Of a stretch of 64,000 bases of DNA, positions 1-8,535 are shown one piece after another. Below the pieces are notes generated by a model. It did no database searches. It saw only the letters and a program-made list of their open reading frames with translations, and was not told the DNA's origin. Location of the stretch: IMG/VR virus record IMGVR_UViG_3300020473_000010, positions 1 through 64,000 of that record, one strand, 5' to 3'. Positions within the stretch are counted from its first letter, which is position 1. Every line of letters starts with the position of its first letter. The translations under genes and the position numbers were made by a program.

Positions 1-2
1 AA

Positions 3-355
3 TGGTGGAGGCGGCGGGAGTCGAACCCGCGTCCGCAATAGTCTAAGTTTGAGTCATTCACAAGCTTGTCTGGTTATTTCTCTCCCAGTGAGATATCCAA
101 TGTGTTTTATACTCCATAGTCCATGGCGGAAGGAGTTCTACCTTAGTTTTATTTCTTGGCTGTTTTCCAGTAGATCAATCAGCTAAAGTCTCTCTTGGTT
201 AGATGGTTTGAGACGACCACCCGATTATGCCGCTAAGCGTTCAGAATCGTAAAAGTAATTGTTATTGGCAATTATAAAGTTTGAACAGTTAAGGTCGTAT
301 CTTACCTACTTGCACTCTCCCCCGGATTCTACTCCGTCGAAGCCGGTACGCCCCC
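3..355 (-). ncRNA. ssrA: tmRNA (SsrA); tag ANNNYFYDSERLAA*
   Basis: Minus strand starts GGGGGCGTACCGGCTTCGACGG and ends GGTTCGACTCCCGCCGCCTCCACCA (tRNA-Ala-like ends, T-loop, encoded CCA). Internal tag frame 269-225 ends LAA-TAA. Confidence 0.95.
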
Positions 356-375
356 TTGTTAATAAATACTAATAT

Positions 376-404
376 ATTATACGTTAGCATGCTAATTTGT
401 ACAT
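376..404 (-). promoter_or_regulatory. sigma70-like promoter for tmRNA
   Basis: ATGTAC-17 nt-TATAAT about 20 nt upstream of the tmRNA 5' end. Confidence 0.55.
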
Positions 405-415
405 AAGTACTAATA

Positions 416-1354
416 TTATGCTATTAACCAAACCAAAACTATACTCAGGGCTAATCCAACCATCATCTTCATAAAATCAGATACCAACATTGGAAACACA
501 ACTTTTATTCCATCTTCTGATTTGAAATGTCTATAGACCGCTAATTCACGACCACAGAGAAGACCTACAAAAACCCAAGTAGTAGACATTGGAATGTCGT
601 TATATTGTTTGAAATACCACAAAATAAGAGCATAAGCAAAATCGATTATCGTTGCTGATCTCATAAACCTAGTTCCAGACTTTGATAGTACTATCTCTTG
701 AATTTTACCACCCCTTGTGTAAAACAAATGAGCTAGGCCGGCAACTAATATACCCATAAAACTTATAAACATCCAAACTGGTAGTGCTTCTCCTCGAGGT
801 AAGAAAACGGCGACGTTTGCTATGTCATGGGCTAACCACTGGTGCCATAGAAAACAGGTCGCGACCCACTGTGCGATTCTCCACTTAGATTTATTTTCTT
901 CGGCTATTGGCGCTCTCTCATCTAAGAACTTAGAAAGCAAAGTCCAAAGAATATAAGCTGAGACTGCTGCCAAAGCATAACCGACAGCTGATTTTATCAA
1001 AATCTTTTCTAGTACAAAAGAAGAAGAGAAAACACTGAGTGTTAGTATTGTCGTGGATACTGGAACCCCAAATCTGGTAAGTCCCAACAACAAAGCCGGA
1101 GCAGCAAGATGATACCACTGAAACGTTTCTGGGAGAGGAATTGAATTTAATCTTCCATGTGCGATGTCTCCGGACATGTAGCCGTATGTAAGTGTTGCGA
1201 CCATAACAGAGGCCATCACTAGCCATTGATAGTGCCACTTTGTTTCTTTGTTTGATGCTATGAATGTCCCAAGTGTTTGGGCGCTATCATTCGCGATTAC
1301 GGAGTATGCAGCCAACAAGAAGCCGAGAACTCCAAATATTAATGTTAATTCCAT
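416..1354 (-). CDS. Polytopic membrane protein, PiT-like phosphate/anion permease
   Basis: About 10 hydrophobic segments; duplicated signature-like motifs ANDSAQTLG and AHDIANVA, and PMSTT. Confidence 0.65.
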   Translation of the reverse strand: MELTLIFGVLGFLLAAYSVIANDSAQTLGTFIASNKETKWHYQWLVMASVMVATLTYGYMSGDIAHGRLNSIPLPETFQWYHLAAPALLLGLTRFGVPVSTTILTLSVFSSSFVLEKILIKSAVGYALAAVSAYILWTLLSKFLDERAPIAEENKSKWRIAQWVATCFLWHQWLAHDIANVAVFLPRGEALPVWMFISFMGILVAGLAHLFYTRGGKIQEIVLSKSGTRFMRSATIIDFAYALILWYFKQYNDIPMSTTWVFVGLLCGRELAVYRHFKSEDGIKVVFPMLVSDFMKMMVGLALSIVLVWLIA

Positions 1355-1362
1355 TGTTTATC

Positions 1363-1662
1363 CTAATAAGTTAAATCGATTCGCATTGCTGGTCCGGGAG
1401 AGAATACCCAGTTGTCTTTTCGTTTATTGTCAATCTGTAAATGCGGATCGATTCGAATGTAATCATTGATCTTGTATCGGAAGCCCAACCTGAATTTATT
1501 TGCGTCAAAGGTCGTGGTGAATCCATCACTAACTAATTTTACCTCGTTTGCAACATAAGGTTTTATATCGGATCCAAAATCATACGTAATTCTAGTATTG
1601 TTGGCTATTATGATTTCGCCGGCATGGACTGTATTTAACAGCGATAACAATAACAAAATCAT
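1363..1662 (-). CDS. Small secreted protein
   Basis: Signal peptide (LLLLSLLNTVHA), beta-strand-rich, aromatic C-terminus RIDLTY. Confidence 0.6.
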   Translation of the reverse strand: MILLLLSLLNTVHAGEIIIANNTRITYDFGSDIKPYVANEVKLVSDGFTTTFDANKFRLGFRYKINDYIRIDPHLQIDNKRKDNWVFSPGPAMRIDLTY

Positions 1663-1756
1663 AACTAACTCCTATCACTGTTTAAAGCAGTTATAGATAT
1701 TCTATTATAATCTCGAGAGTACTAATTGTTTTGTAACGTTTCCATGACCTAAATTA

Positions 1757-1782
1757 AAAGAAGGGGCCAAGGGCCCCTTCTT
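1757..1782 (-). terminator. Rho-independent terminator
   Basis: Hairpin AAGAAGGGGCC/GGCCCCTTCTT followed by T-run on the minus strand, downstream of the lipoprotein gene. Confidence 0.75.
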
Positions 1783-1805
1783 AGCATGAGTATGTGAAGA
1801 TGAGG

Positions 1806-1967
1806 TTATTCTTCCTCTTCAGCCTCTTCTTCCTCTTCCTCTTCAACTGGTTGAGAGGTATCGGATTCTTCAACTTCTTCATCGACTGCAGTATCTGCAT
1901 CTTTATCTTCACAGGCAACCAAGCCTAGACCCATAAGCATAGATCCAAAAATTACCATGGTTCTCAT
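1806..1967 (-). CDS. Small acidic lipoprotein (53 aa, not in ORF track)
   Basis: MRTMVIFGSMLMGLGLVAC-EDKDADTAVDEEVEE...EEEE*; lipobox LVAC; RBS AAGGAG. Confidence 0.8.
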   Translation of the reverse strand: MRTMVIFGSMLMGLGLVACEDKDADTAVDEEVEESDTSQPVEEEEEEEAEEEE

Positions 1968-2096
1968 AACGTCTCCTTATTTTTAGTTATATTCTGAGAA
2001 ATCACAATATACAATGTCTCGCAAAAGTGTTAACTCAAAGCTTTTTAATTATAATAAATTAATTCGAAATTTATAAACGGTGACACGGTTGTCACA

Positions 2097-2663
2097 TTAA
2101 TTTTCTAGAAAATGCATTAAACATTTTGGTTGATACATTTCAGCGCCGCCAACCTCTATCTTATGATCAGATCTGCCACCGATTTTTTTAGTATAATAAG
2201 CATCGGCGCCACATGATGAACAAACCGCGGGGCAAACCTCTATTTTCGTTGCAAATGGAAGCATGCACTGTACTTCTTTATAACTGGTAAAATCGGACGA
2301 TAATTGTAGTGATGATACTAAAATAGGGTGGCCCTGCCGGAAAAGGTTAACTAAAACAGATCCTACGTCAGGAATCATAAAAGCTTCATCAACGGCGATG
2401 ACTGTATGAGACAATATTTCTCTGTTATGTCGAGGTGTTGATTCTAGAATTTCTAGAATATCGTTTCCGGAAGCAATTCTATTTGCATTTAATTTATGTC
2501 CCCAGTGTGTTACGATTTCTTCTTTTGAATATCTTTCATCAACGTTAGGTTTAAAGGCAATGATTTTTCTTCCTTGATATTTGTATCTGTCGATGGCGCT
2601 TAATAGTTTAGTTGTCTTGCCTCCAAACATAGGACCGACAAACATTACAAATTCATTTTTCAT
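2097..2663 (-). CDS. tdk: Thymidine kinase
   Basis: GPMFGGKTT P-loop, AVDEA, Zn-binding CSSC, GGAEMYQPKC; probable start MKNEFV. Confidence 0.92.
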   Translation of the reverse strand: MKNEFVMFVGPMFGGKTTKLLSAIDRYKYQGRKIIAFKPNVDERYSKEEIVTHWGHKLNANRIASGNDILEILESTPRHNREILSHTVIAVDEAFMIPDVGSVLVNLFRQGHPILVSSLQLSSDFTSYKEVQCMLPFATKIEVCPAVCSSCGADAYYTKKIGGRSDHKIEVGGAEMYQPKCLMHFLEN

Positions 2664-2715
2664 TTTTAACTCCGGTAACAAATAATTATATGCAGTTTAT
2701 AAGGAGATTTATAAC

Positions 2716-2952
2716 ATGTTAATGATTTTATTTTGCAGTTTAGCATTTGCGCAAGAACCAGAAGAAGAACCAAAAATTGTTTATAAACAGAAAACAGAGA
2801 TAGACTTCGAAGGGTTAGAAATAGAGGGACAACTATTAAAACCACAAGGGTCTTTAGTATTAGAGAGGAAGAAAGCAACGTTTAATCCTCTTATTCAGTT
2901 AAGAACAGATTTTAATCATGAAATGAAGATGTCTGTTGAAGAGATAAAATAA
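2716..2952 (+). CDS. cglF: Adventurous gliding motility protein CglF/GltF homologue
   Basis: Signal peptide, then KQKTEIDF..EG.L.KP.GS.VL.RKK..F..LI..R..F..E...S, matching the CglF family pattern as I recall it; RBS AAGGAG. Confidence 0.8.
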   Translation: MLMILFCSLAFAQEPEEEPKIVYKQKTEIDFEGLEIEGQLLKPQGSLVLERKKATFNPLIQLRTDFNHEMKMSVEEIK

Positions 2953-3058
2953 GATAAGAATATATATTAATTGATAAGAATATTATAATTGAGAGTGAAT
3001 TGTTGTAGGGGAAGCGGGAAGCTTAAGCTCAAAAAACCTCGAAAAAGGATAAAAATAT

Positions 3059-4594
3059 ATGCCTAAAATAAAGAACATGGGAACATCAAGAATGAGATTC
3101 AACGAGGGGATAATTGTCTCTGGATCTGAAGAAGGTGGTGTAGCACTTGCAGTAGCCCACGATATATCAAGTGAGTATGTTGTAACAATTGACAACGACC
3201 AGGGAAATCAGGGGCATGTACTAAAACTTTTTACAGATGGAAATGGTAGTAATACTCGAGTTTTAGAAATGGAAGATGGTGATGGGGACACTATCTTTCG
3301 AGCCCGAGCTGATGGTAGATTTGGCTTTGGGCCAGATGGCGTCAGCAGTATGGGTGCAGGAACCTTTGTTGTTGGAATCGATAATTCTGCTCATACATCA
3401 GATATAGCGATATCCCGAAGATTGCAGCATCTCGGAGATGCAAATACGTATCTAGATTTTCCTGTGGGTGACCAGATGCAGTTCCAGGTCGGTGGTGTTG
3501 ATATGATCCATATGACTGAAAACAATTCGCAAGATACAATTGTTTTTAATGGCGGTGAAGCGGATGTTGACTTTATAGTAAAAAGTAATAATAACAACAG
3601 TATGTTTTTTGTTGATGGTGGTAACAACAAAGTGGGTATAGGGATAAATACCCCGGGAACAGTCTTACATGTTGACGGAGGAACCGATGCCTCTAGGTCA
3701 ACAGCTAATAGTGGCCACTTAATTTTAGGACCTACGAATGGGACCAATATGGTGCTTGATGGAAATGAAATTATAGCAAGAAACAACGGGCAACCAAACA
3801 CACTATATTTAAATCACCAAAGCGGAGGAGTGCATATTGGAGATTACAACGGGGTTGTTATGGGATCAGAAACTTTTAGAGTTTCTGGGGACACTATAAT
3901 TTCCGGAAGCTTAACTGTCAACTTAGGAGGAAGTGGAGAAGTTGTAAAGATTGCCGGTGAATTAGATGAAAATGTCAGTCTAGTCTTCGAACAGCCCATG
4001 GGAACAAACAGGGCTTCAATTGGTCTAGATGGCGGAGATAATATGGATATTGCCAATTACTCAGCATGGGATGATATTAATATTATGACCACATCCGGGG
4101 CTGGGACTTTAACTGGCTTAGTTATAACAGCACAGCAAAGAGTTGGTGTCGGAAATTTTGGCTGGGAAGGGAAAGGTCCGGTTGGCGATCCAGCAACCGG
4201 ATATGGTTATAATGCACCATTCCCGTCTTGCGAGCTAGATGTTTCCGGATCGATGAAAGTATCTGAATCTGCTACTTTTAAAGGCTCGGTTTATAAAAAT
4301 ACGACCGTTGTAAACTCGTCTCCATATACTGTACAGCCCAGTGATTATATTTTGTTAGTAAATACATCAGCTACTAGAGTGATAAATCTTCCTGCTAAAG
4401 CCAATGAACTAGGCAGGATATTAATAATTAAAGATGCATCTGGGAATGCTGGTAACCAGACTATCACAATCAGCCCAAATGGAACCGAGCAAATTGATGG
4501 GGATGATCAAAAAAATATTACAAACAATTATAAAGGGTTAACAATTCTTTGTGGGCCAGATCAATGGCACAGAATTTCTGAATATGATATGTAG
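3059..4594 (+). CDS. Tail/head fibre-like virion protein
   Basis: Gly/Asn-rich beta repeats (VGIGINTP, VGVGNFG); C-terminal INLPA..GRILIIKDASG..TITI..NG.E.IDG module typical of phage fibres. Confidence 0.65.
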   Translation: MPKIKNMGTSRMRFNEGIIVSGSEEGGVALAVAHDISSEYVVTIDNDQGNQGHVLKLFTDGNGSNTRVLEMEDGDGDTIFRARADGRFGFGPDGVSSMGAGTFVVGIDNSAHTSDIAISRRLQHLGDANTYLDFPVGDQMQFQVGGVDMIHMTENNSQDTIVFNGGEADVDFIVKSNNNNSMFFVDGGNNKVGIGINTPGTVLHVDGGTDASRSTANSGHLILGPTNGTNMVLDGNEIIARNNGQPNTLYLNHQSGGVHIGDYNGVVMGSETFRVSGDTIISGSLTVNLGGSGEVVKIAGELDENVSLVFEQPMGTNRASIGLDGGDNMDIANYSAWDDINIMTTSGAGTLTGLVITAQQRVGVGNFGWEGKGPVGDPATGYGYNAPFPSCELDVSGSMKVSESATFKGSVYKNTTVVNSSPYTVQPSDYILLVNTSATRVINLPAKANELGRILIIKDASGNAGNQTITISPNGTEQIDGDDQKNITNNYKGLTILCGPDQWHRISEYDM

Positions 4595-4598
4595 TAGC

Positions 4599-5117
4599 TT
4601 AAGGGATCCAAAATTTTCCATCCATTTTGTGGAATAATGGATGCATGATATGACCTTCTTTTTCATAGTGTGCATATCCTAAGGCATGCCCTAATTCATG
4701 CTCGTTTATCCACTGTAGGTTTTGAGAACCCGGACGATAAGTTATTACAGCTCCTTTGATTTCGGTGAGCGAAGTCCATCTTCTAGTTTCTGCAAGGACA
4801 CCTGATTCGTGATCAAATCTGCCTCCTTTACGCAAGATAATAAATCCTTCTAAGTATGTATCTTCGCAAAGCATTGGCGGTGGATTATGTTCGTAAAAGC
4901 CAATATCATGACCTTTTTCTTCCCAATAAGTAACAGCACGCTGCATTTGAAGTTCTGAAAAATCATCACCATAACAATTTACTATTATTGGAGGCATATT
5001 ATCTTTCCATTCATACGGCTGAAAAGCTGTAGTTTCATAGACGTATTTTATGCCTGTGCCAAATAAGAACCCACTTAAAAAGCCGAACAATACTTTGATT
5101 ATAATTGATGGTTTCAC
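4599..5117 (-). CDS. Matrixin-like (metzincin) zinc metalloprotease, membrane-anchored
   Basis: HELGHALGYAH extended zinc motif plus Met-turn IMHP; N-terminal hydrophobic anchor. Confidence 0.8.
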   Translation of the reverse strand: MKPSIIIKVLFGFLSGFLFGTGIKYVYETTAFQPYEWKDNMPPIIVNCYGDDFSELQMQRAVTYWEEKGHDIGFYEHNPPPMLCEDTYLEGFIILRKGGRFDHESGVLAETRRWTSLTEIKGAVITYRPGSQNLQWINEHELGHALGYAHYEKEGHIMHPLFHKMDGKFWIP

Positions 5118-6670
5118 TCACCACATCCCCAAACTGCATAGTCAATATCGATTGTTTGTCCCTCGTCAGGAACATGGCCATCGTTAAAAATTATGGCATT
5201 AATGCTAGGGTCATATGTCCAATCAGTCGTAACTTGACCATTAACAGAAACTTCTATAGTTTCTTCTATGGGGTCAGGCTCATCTAAATAAAATGTTCTT
5301 CTTCCGGTAACTTCTCCAGCTAAATCTTGCAATTGTACTCCCCAATCAGCAGCACAAATCGAATACCAGGAGCCCCCATAATTGTCAATTAAGTCCCAAT
5401 ATCCAGCGCCAAAGGCTGCAGTTGGATACGAAGATCCGCACCCAGAAGGATAGTCTCCAATAACTCCGTACGGAATAAAGTCGCCTTCTGGCTTAATTCC
5501 ATCAAAAAACGATAAATAAGAACTCCATCCCCCAGAAGAATAATCAGGTTCATCAGAAACAAATATTACAACCAATTTTGCATCCTCTCGAAAGAAATTC
5601 CCGCCAGGGCCTGCAGCTGAACTTGTGCTAAGACTTCTTTGGGCCATCTCAATTCCTTTTTCCATTCCGGAACCATAGACTCCAGTCATTACTAAATTAC
5701 TTAGTTCTGTTTCAGGATCTGGGTGGGAAGGATCAACAATCGTTGAAAAGGTATATCGATCAGTCGTTATAACAGCCATTCTATAATCTGCTCCAGAAGA
5801 AATAAATGCGGTCATAAAAGAACCAATATTGGCTGACAAGTTTGTTTGATGCGGATTCATCGATCCGGAATTATCGATTACCCAAATAACATCTAAAACT
5901 GGAATTTCTTCTTGTTGATATTGTTGGTTAAACCATTGCTCAACATCGCCATCACCAAATTGTACAACATCAGCCTGTGGGTTTAGAGGATCATTCCCGA
6001 TAACGGTAATCAAGCTCTCATCATATCCAATATCGGTTGGTATATATGATACTAAAAAATCTATTTCTTGTCCAGGAATCAATACCCAGGGAGGTTCTGG
6101 AAGTGATCCGTATTCCATTAAGATATCAGCCGGCTGTGTAACCATCTGACTAATTGAACTTACAGTCAAATCCATATTTCCTTCGTTTCTGATCGTGACT
6201 CGCTCTTCATTATCACACCCGATACTAATGTCACCATAATCAAATTCCGAAGGACCTACAGCCATAACAGGGGCATCTCCGTATCCTTCAAGGGTAACTT
6301 TTAATACTGGCTCATCTTCATCATCTGAAAGTATTTCTATATATGCGCCATTTGATTCAAAAGTTTCCGGAACATATCCAACTTCAAACTCTATTAATTC
6401 TCCAGCGCCGATTATGTATTCACTCTGATCTGTCTGGAGTGAAAATCTAGTATTCCCGGAAACTAAAACGGGAGCAAAGATTGTTAAATCTGCGTCTCCC
6501 GTATTGATGACTGTGAATGTATCTAGCCCTGATTCAGCGCCGGCAACTAAATGGCCGAAGTTGATGTGTTCTGGGTGGACCAAAATTTCTTGTTGTCTTT
6601 TTTCGATCCCGGCAATCATGTGATCACTACACCCTGCCAGGAGAAGACTAAAAACTGTTAATAACCTCAT
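5114..6670 (-). CDS. Lipoprotein with two Ig-like (choice-of-anchor D/ASH-like) domains and a vWA domain
   Basis: Lipobox LAGC; repeated INTGDADLTI / IRNEGNMDLTV Ig modules; MIDAS DNSGSM, G.EKG, FVSDE. Confidence 0.8.
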   Translation of the reverse strand: MRLLTVFSLLLAGCSDHMIAGIEKRQQEILVHPEHINFGHLVAGAESGLDTFTVINTGDADLTIFAPVLVSGNTRFSLQTDQSEYIIGAGELIEFEVGYVPETFESNGAYIEILSDDEDEPVLKVTLEGYGDAPVMAVGPSEFDYGDISIGCDNEERVTIRNEGNMDLTVSSISQMVTQPADILMEYGSLPEPPWVLIPGQEIDFLVSYIPTDIGYDESLITVIGNDPLNPQADVVQFGDGDVEQWFNQQYQQEEIPVLDVIWVIDNSGSMNPHQTNLSANIGSFMTAFISSGADYRMAVITTDRYTFSTIVDPSHPDPETELSNLVMTGVYGSGMEKGIEMAQRSLSTSSAAGPGGNFFREDAKLVVIFVSDEPDYSSGGWSSYLSFFDGIKPEGDFIPYGVIGDYPSGCGSSYPTAAFGAGYWDLIDNYGGSWYSICAADWGVQLQDLAGEVTGRRTFYLDEPDPIEETIEVSVNGQVTTDWTYDPSINAIIFNDGHVPDEGQTIDIDYAVWGCGE

Positions 6671-6720
6671 TCATAAAACCCTCCTTAAAATTAAGTATGG
6701 TGTGGAATGATGTCCTGCCT

Positions 6721-8535
6721 CTAAAACCCGAAAAGATCTGCGAATTCTTCTTTAATTTTCCTATTAATTGCTGTCCACAACCTTACTCGATCGTTATAGT
6801 GAAGGGAAGATACTATCTGAGCGGATTGTTCAAATCCTTGTTTGGCCGCACTGGTTTCTTCGAAGACGTCTTCGACTTCTGGTGAATTTAATATGTCAAC
6901 AAGCTTTTCAGACAAAATATTAAATCTTTCTTCTGCTTTTTGCCGATAATTCCAATTAGGGTCATTGATAACGTCAGTATGAAATTTGTGGTCGCCTGAT
7001 TTAAACATATTTAAAACATTAGATTCATCAACTAAAATTTTAGATATTTCTTCAATATTGTCATCTATCATTTTGGCTAAAAGTTTGGATCTTATACCAG
7101 TTGGAATTCCAAATTCCCAGAACTTCTTTGCAATTTTTCGAAAACCAGCTCTGAATTCAGCATCAAATTCGGTTAATTGACGATTCCATTTATCTCCAGT
7201 GTTGGCCGAGGAACCTCCAGAATAACCTAGATTATAGTTTGCATCTGCTCGAGATATGCCGCGGTGGTCTTGAAAGTTATATTTATTGTGTCTTTTAGAT
7301 CTAGGTTGAAGTTGTACAGTTTTACGAGGGATATCTTTTCCGCCCCTAGATCGAAGATTTTTAGTTTTAGGTGTTCGAGACTTTCTACTTGTAGGTATTG
7401 AAGACTTAGGGCGTACAACAACGAAATAATAATCATCTGAAGGACCAGCTGCATCTTCTATAGCTTCTCTCATCACTTGTGTTCTATCTTTGCCAGGTAT
7501 GGAAGTAAAATCTAGATTGGACATAATTCTCCACCAGCTGGTTACTTTTACTTTCTGATCTGTATCATCTGCTGGAGGAACTCGATGATTTTGCTGTAGC
7601 TGACTTCTTAAAAAGTTTTTTACATTGTCCGGATGGTTATTTAAATCTAATATTTTACCTTGTCTTGAACCTGGATCATCTTCTAAAAAATAATCTTTCA
7701 CCAACTTTTCGAAATGCTTTTGAACTGCCCATCCTCCAAAACTGCTTGACTGAAAATGACCACTAGTTTTTTTAATAGCAAAAGCTGGATTTTCACCTAA
7801 TCTAGCAATTTTAATATTATCATCTTCGTCAGCTATAAGTTTTGCTAAATATTCAATCCATATTTTGTTCCCGGGAGAAAATTTTGTATTTGCTATTAAC
7901 GTAAGCGCCTCTGTTCTTTGTCCTGGTTTTCCTTTTCGGTTTTTCTTAATCTCTTTTGACGCTGGTGACATTGCATATAAAGCGGTTTGGACTCCATGGG
8001 CAAATTCATGGACAGCAGTCTTATTATTCTCTAGAGAACGAAGAGCTGCTGTAGCTGTCCGGTAAGCACTAGAATCATAAAACAAAAAAAGATTATCTAG
8101 TATTTTTCCTGTAACGTTACCCTCAGGATCCGGGCCTCCATGACCATAATATGTTCCATGGGCCCCGCGGGGATTCTTTTTTGCAACTCTTATTTCGAAT
8201 GTTGAAATAAAATTAAGTAAAAAATGATAAGTAGATCCCCAATCCTTTGGAATAATATCGGGATATCTTTCTTTTAAATAAAGGTAAAGTCTTTTAACTT
8301 CAGGTTCTGCGCGTGCTTTGTCAAACTTAAATATACCATATTTTTGCCCGGGTACTTTGTCCCACTTGCTTCCAGCTCCATATCCTGTTGTGCTAATAGG
8401 ATTTTGGTCTCCAGAAAAATTTCCTATTTTAGTTAGGTTTTTTATTATGAAACTCCAAATTTCGTTAAATATGAATTCACCTCTCCCTTCTAGGAGAATT
8501 AACCTAATATGATTTCGGAGAATATCTATTTTCAT
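6721..8535 (-). CDS. Large leader-bearing protein with HExxH motif
   Basis: N-terminus MKIDILRNHIRLILLE; HEFAHGVQ; ATGA overlap with upstream gene. Confidence 0.6.
   Translation of the reverse strand: MKIDILRNHIRLILLEGRGEFIFNEIWSFIIKNLTKIGNFSGDQNPISTTGYGAGSKWDKVPGQKYGIFKFDKARAEPEVKRLYLYLKERYPDIIPKDWGSTYHFLLNFISTFEIRVAKKNPRGAHGTYYGHGGPDPEGNVTGKILDNLFLFYDSSAYRTATAALRSLENNKTAVHEFAHGVQTALYAMSPASKEIKKNRKGKPGQRTEALTLIANTKFSPGNKIWIEYLAKLIADEDDNIKIARLGENPAFAIKKTSGHFQSSSFGGWAVQKHFEKLVKDYFLEDDPGSRQGKILDLNNHPDNVKNFLRSQLQQNHRVPPADDTDQKVKVTSWWRIMSNLDFTSIPGKDRTQVMREAIEDAAGPSDDYYFVVVRPKSSIPTSRKSRTPKTKNLRSRGGKDIPRKTVQLQPRSKRHNKYNFQDHRGISRADANYNLGYSGGSSANTGDKWNRQLTEFDAEFRAGFRKIAKKFWEFGIPTGIRSKLLAKMIDDNIEEISKILVDESNVLNMFKSGDHKFHTDVINDPNWNYRQKAEERFNILSEKLVDILNSPEVEDVFEETSAAKQGFEQSAQIVSSLHYNDRVRLWTAINRKIKEEFADLFGF

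Noticed and set aside
3-40. Stand-alone tRNA gene
   Set aside because: It is the 3' tRNA-like half of the tmRNA; there is no anticodon arm
2080-2095. Palindrome GTGACA-N4-TGTCAC as an operator
   Set aside because: Single occurrence with no cognate regulator in the window; cannot be distinguished from chance
3059-4594. Diversity-generating retroelement target
   Set aside because: No reverse transcriptase and no TR/VR pair differing at adenines seen in the window
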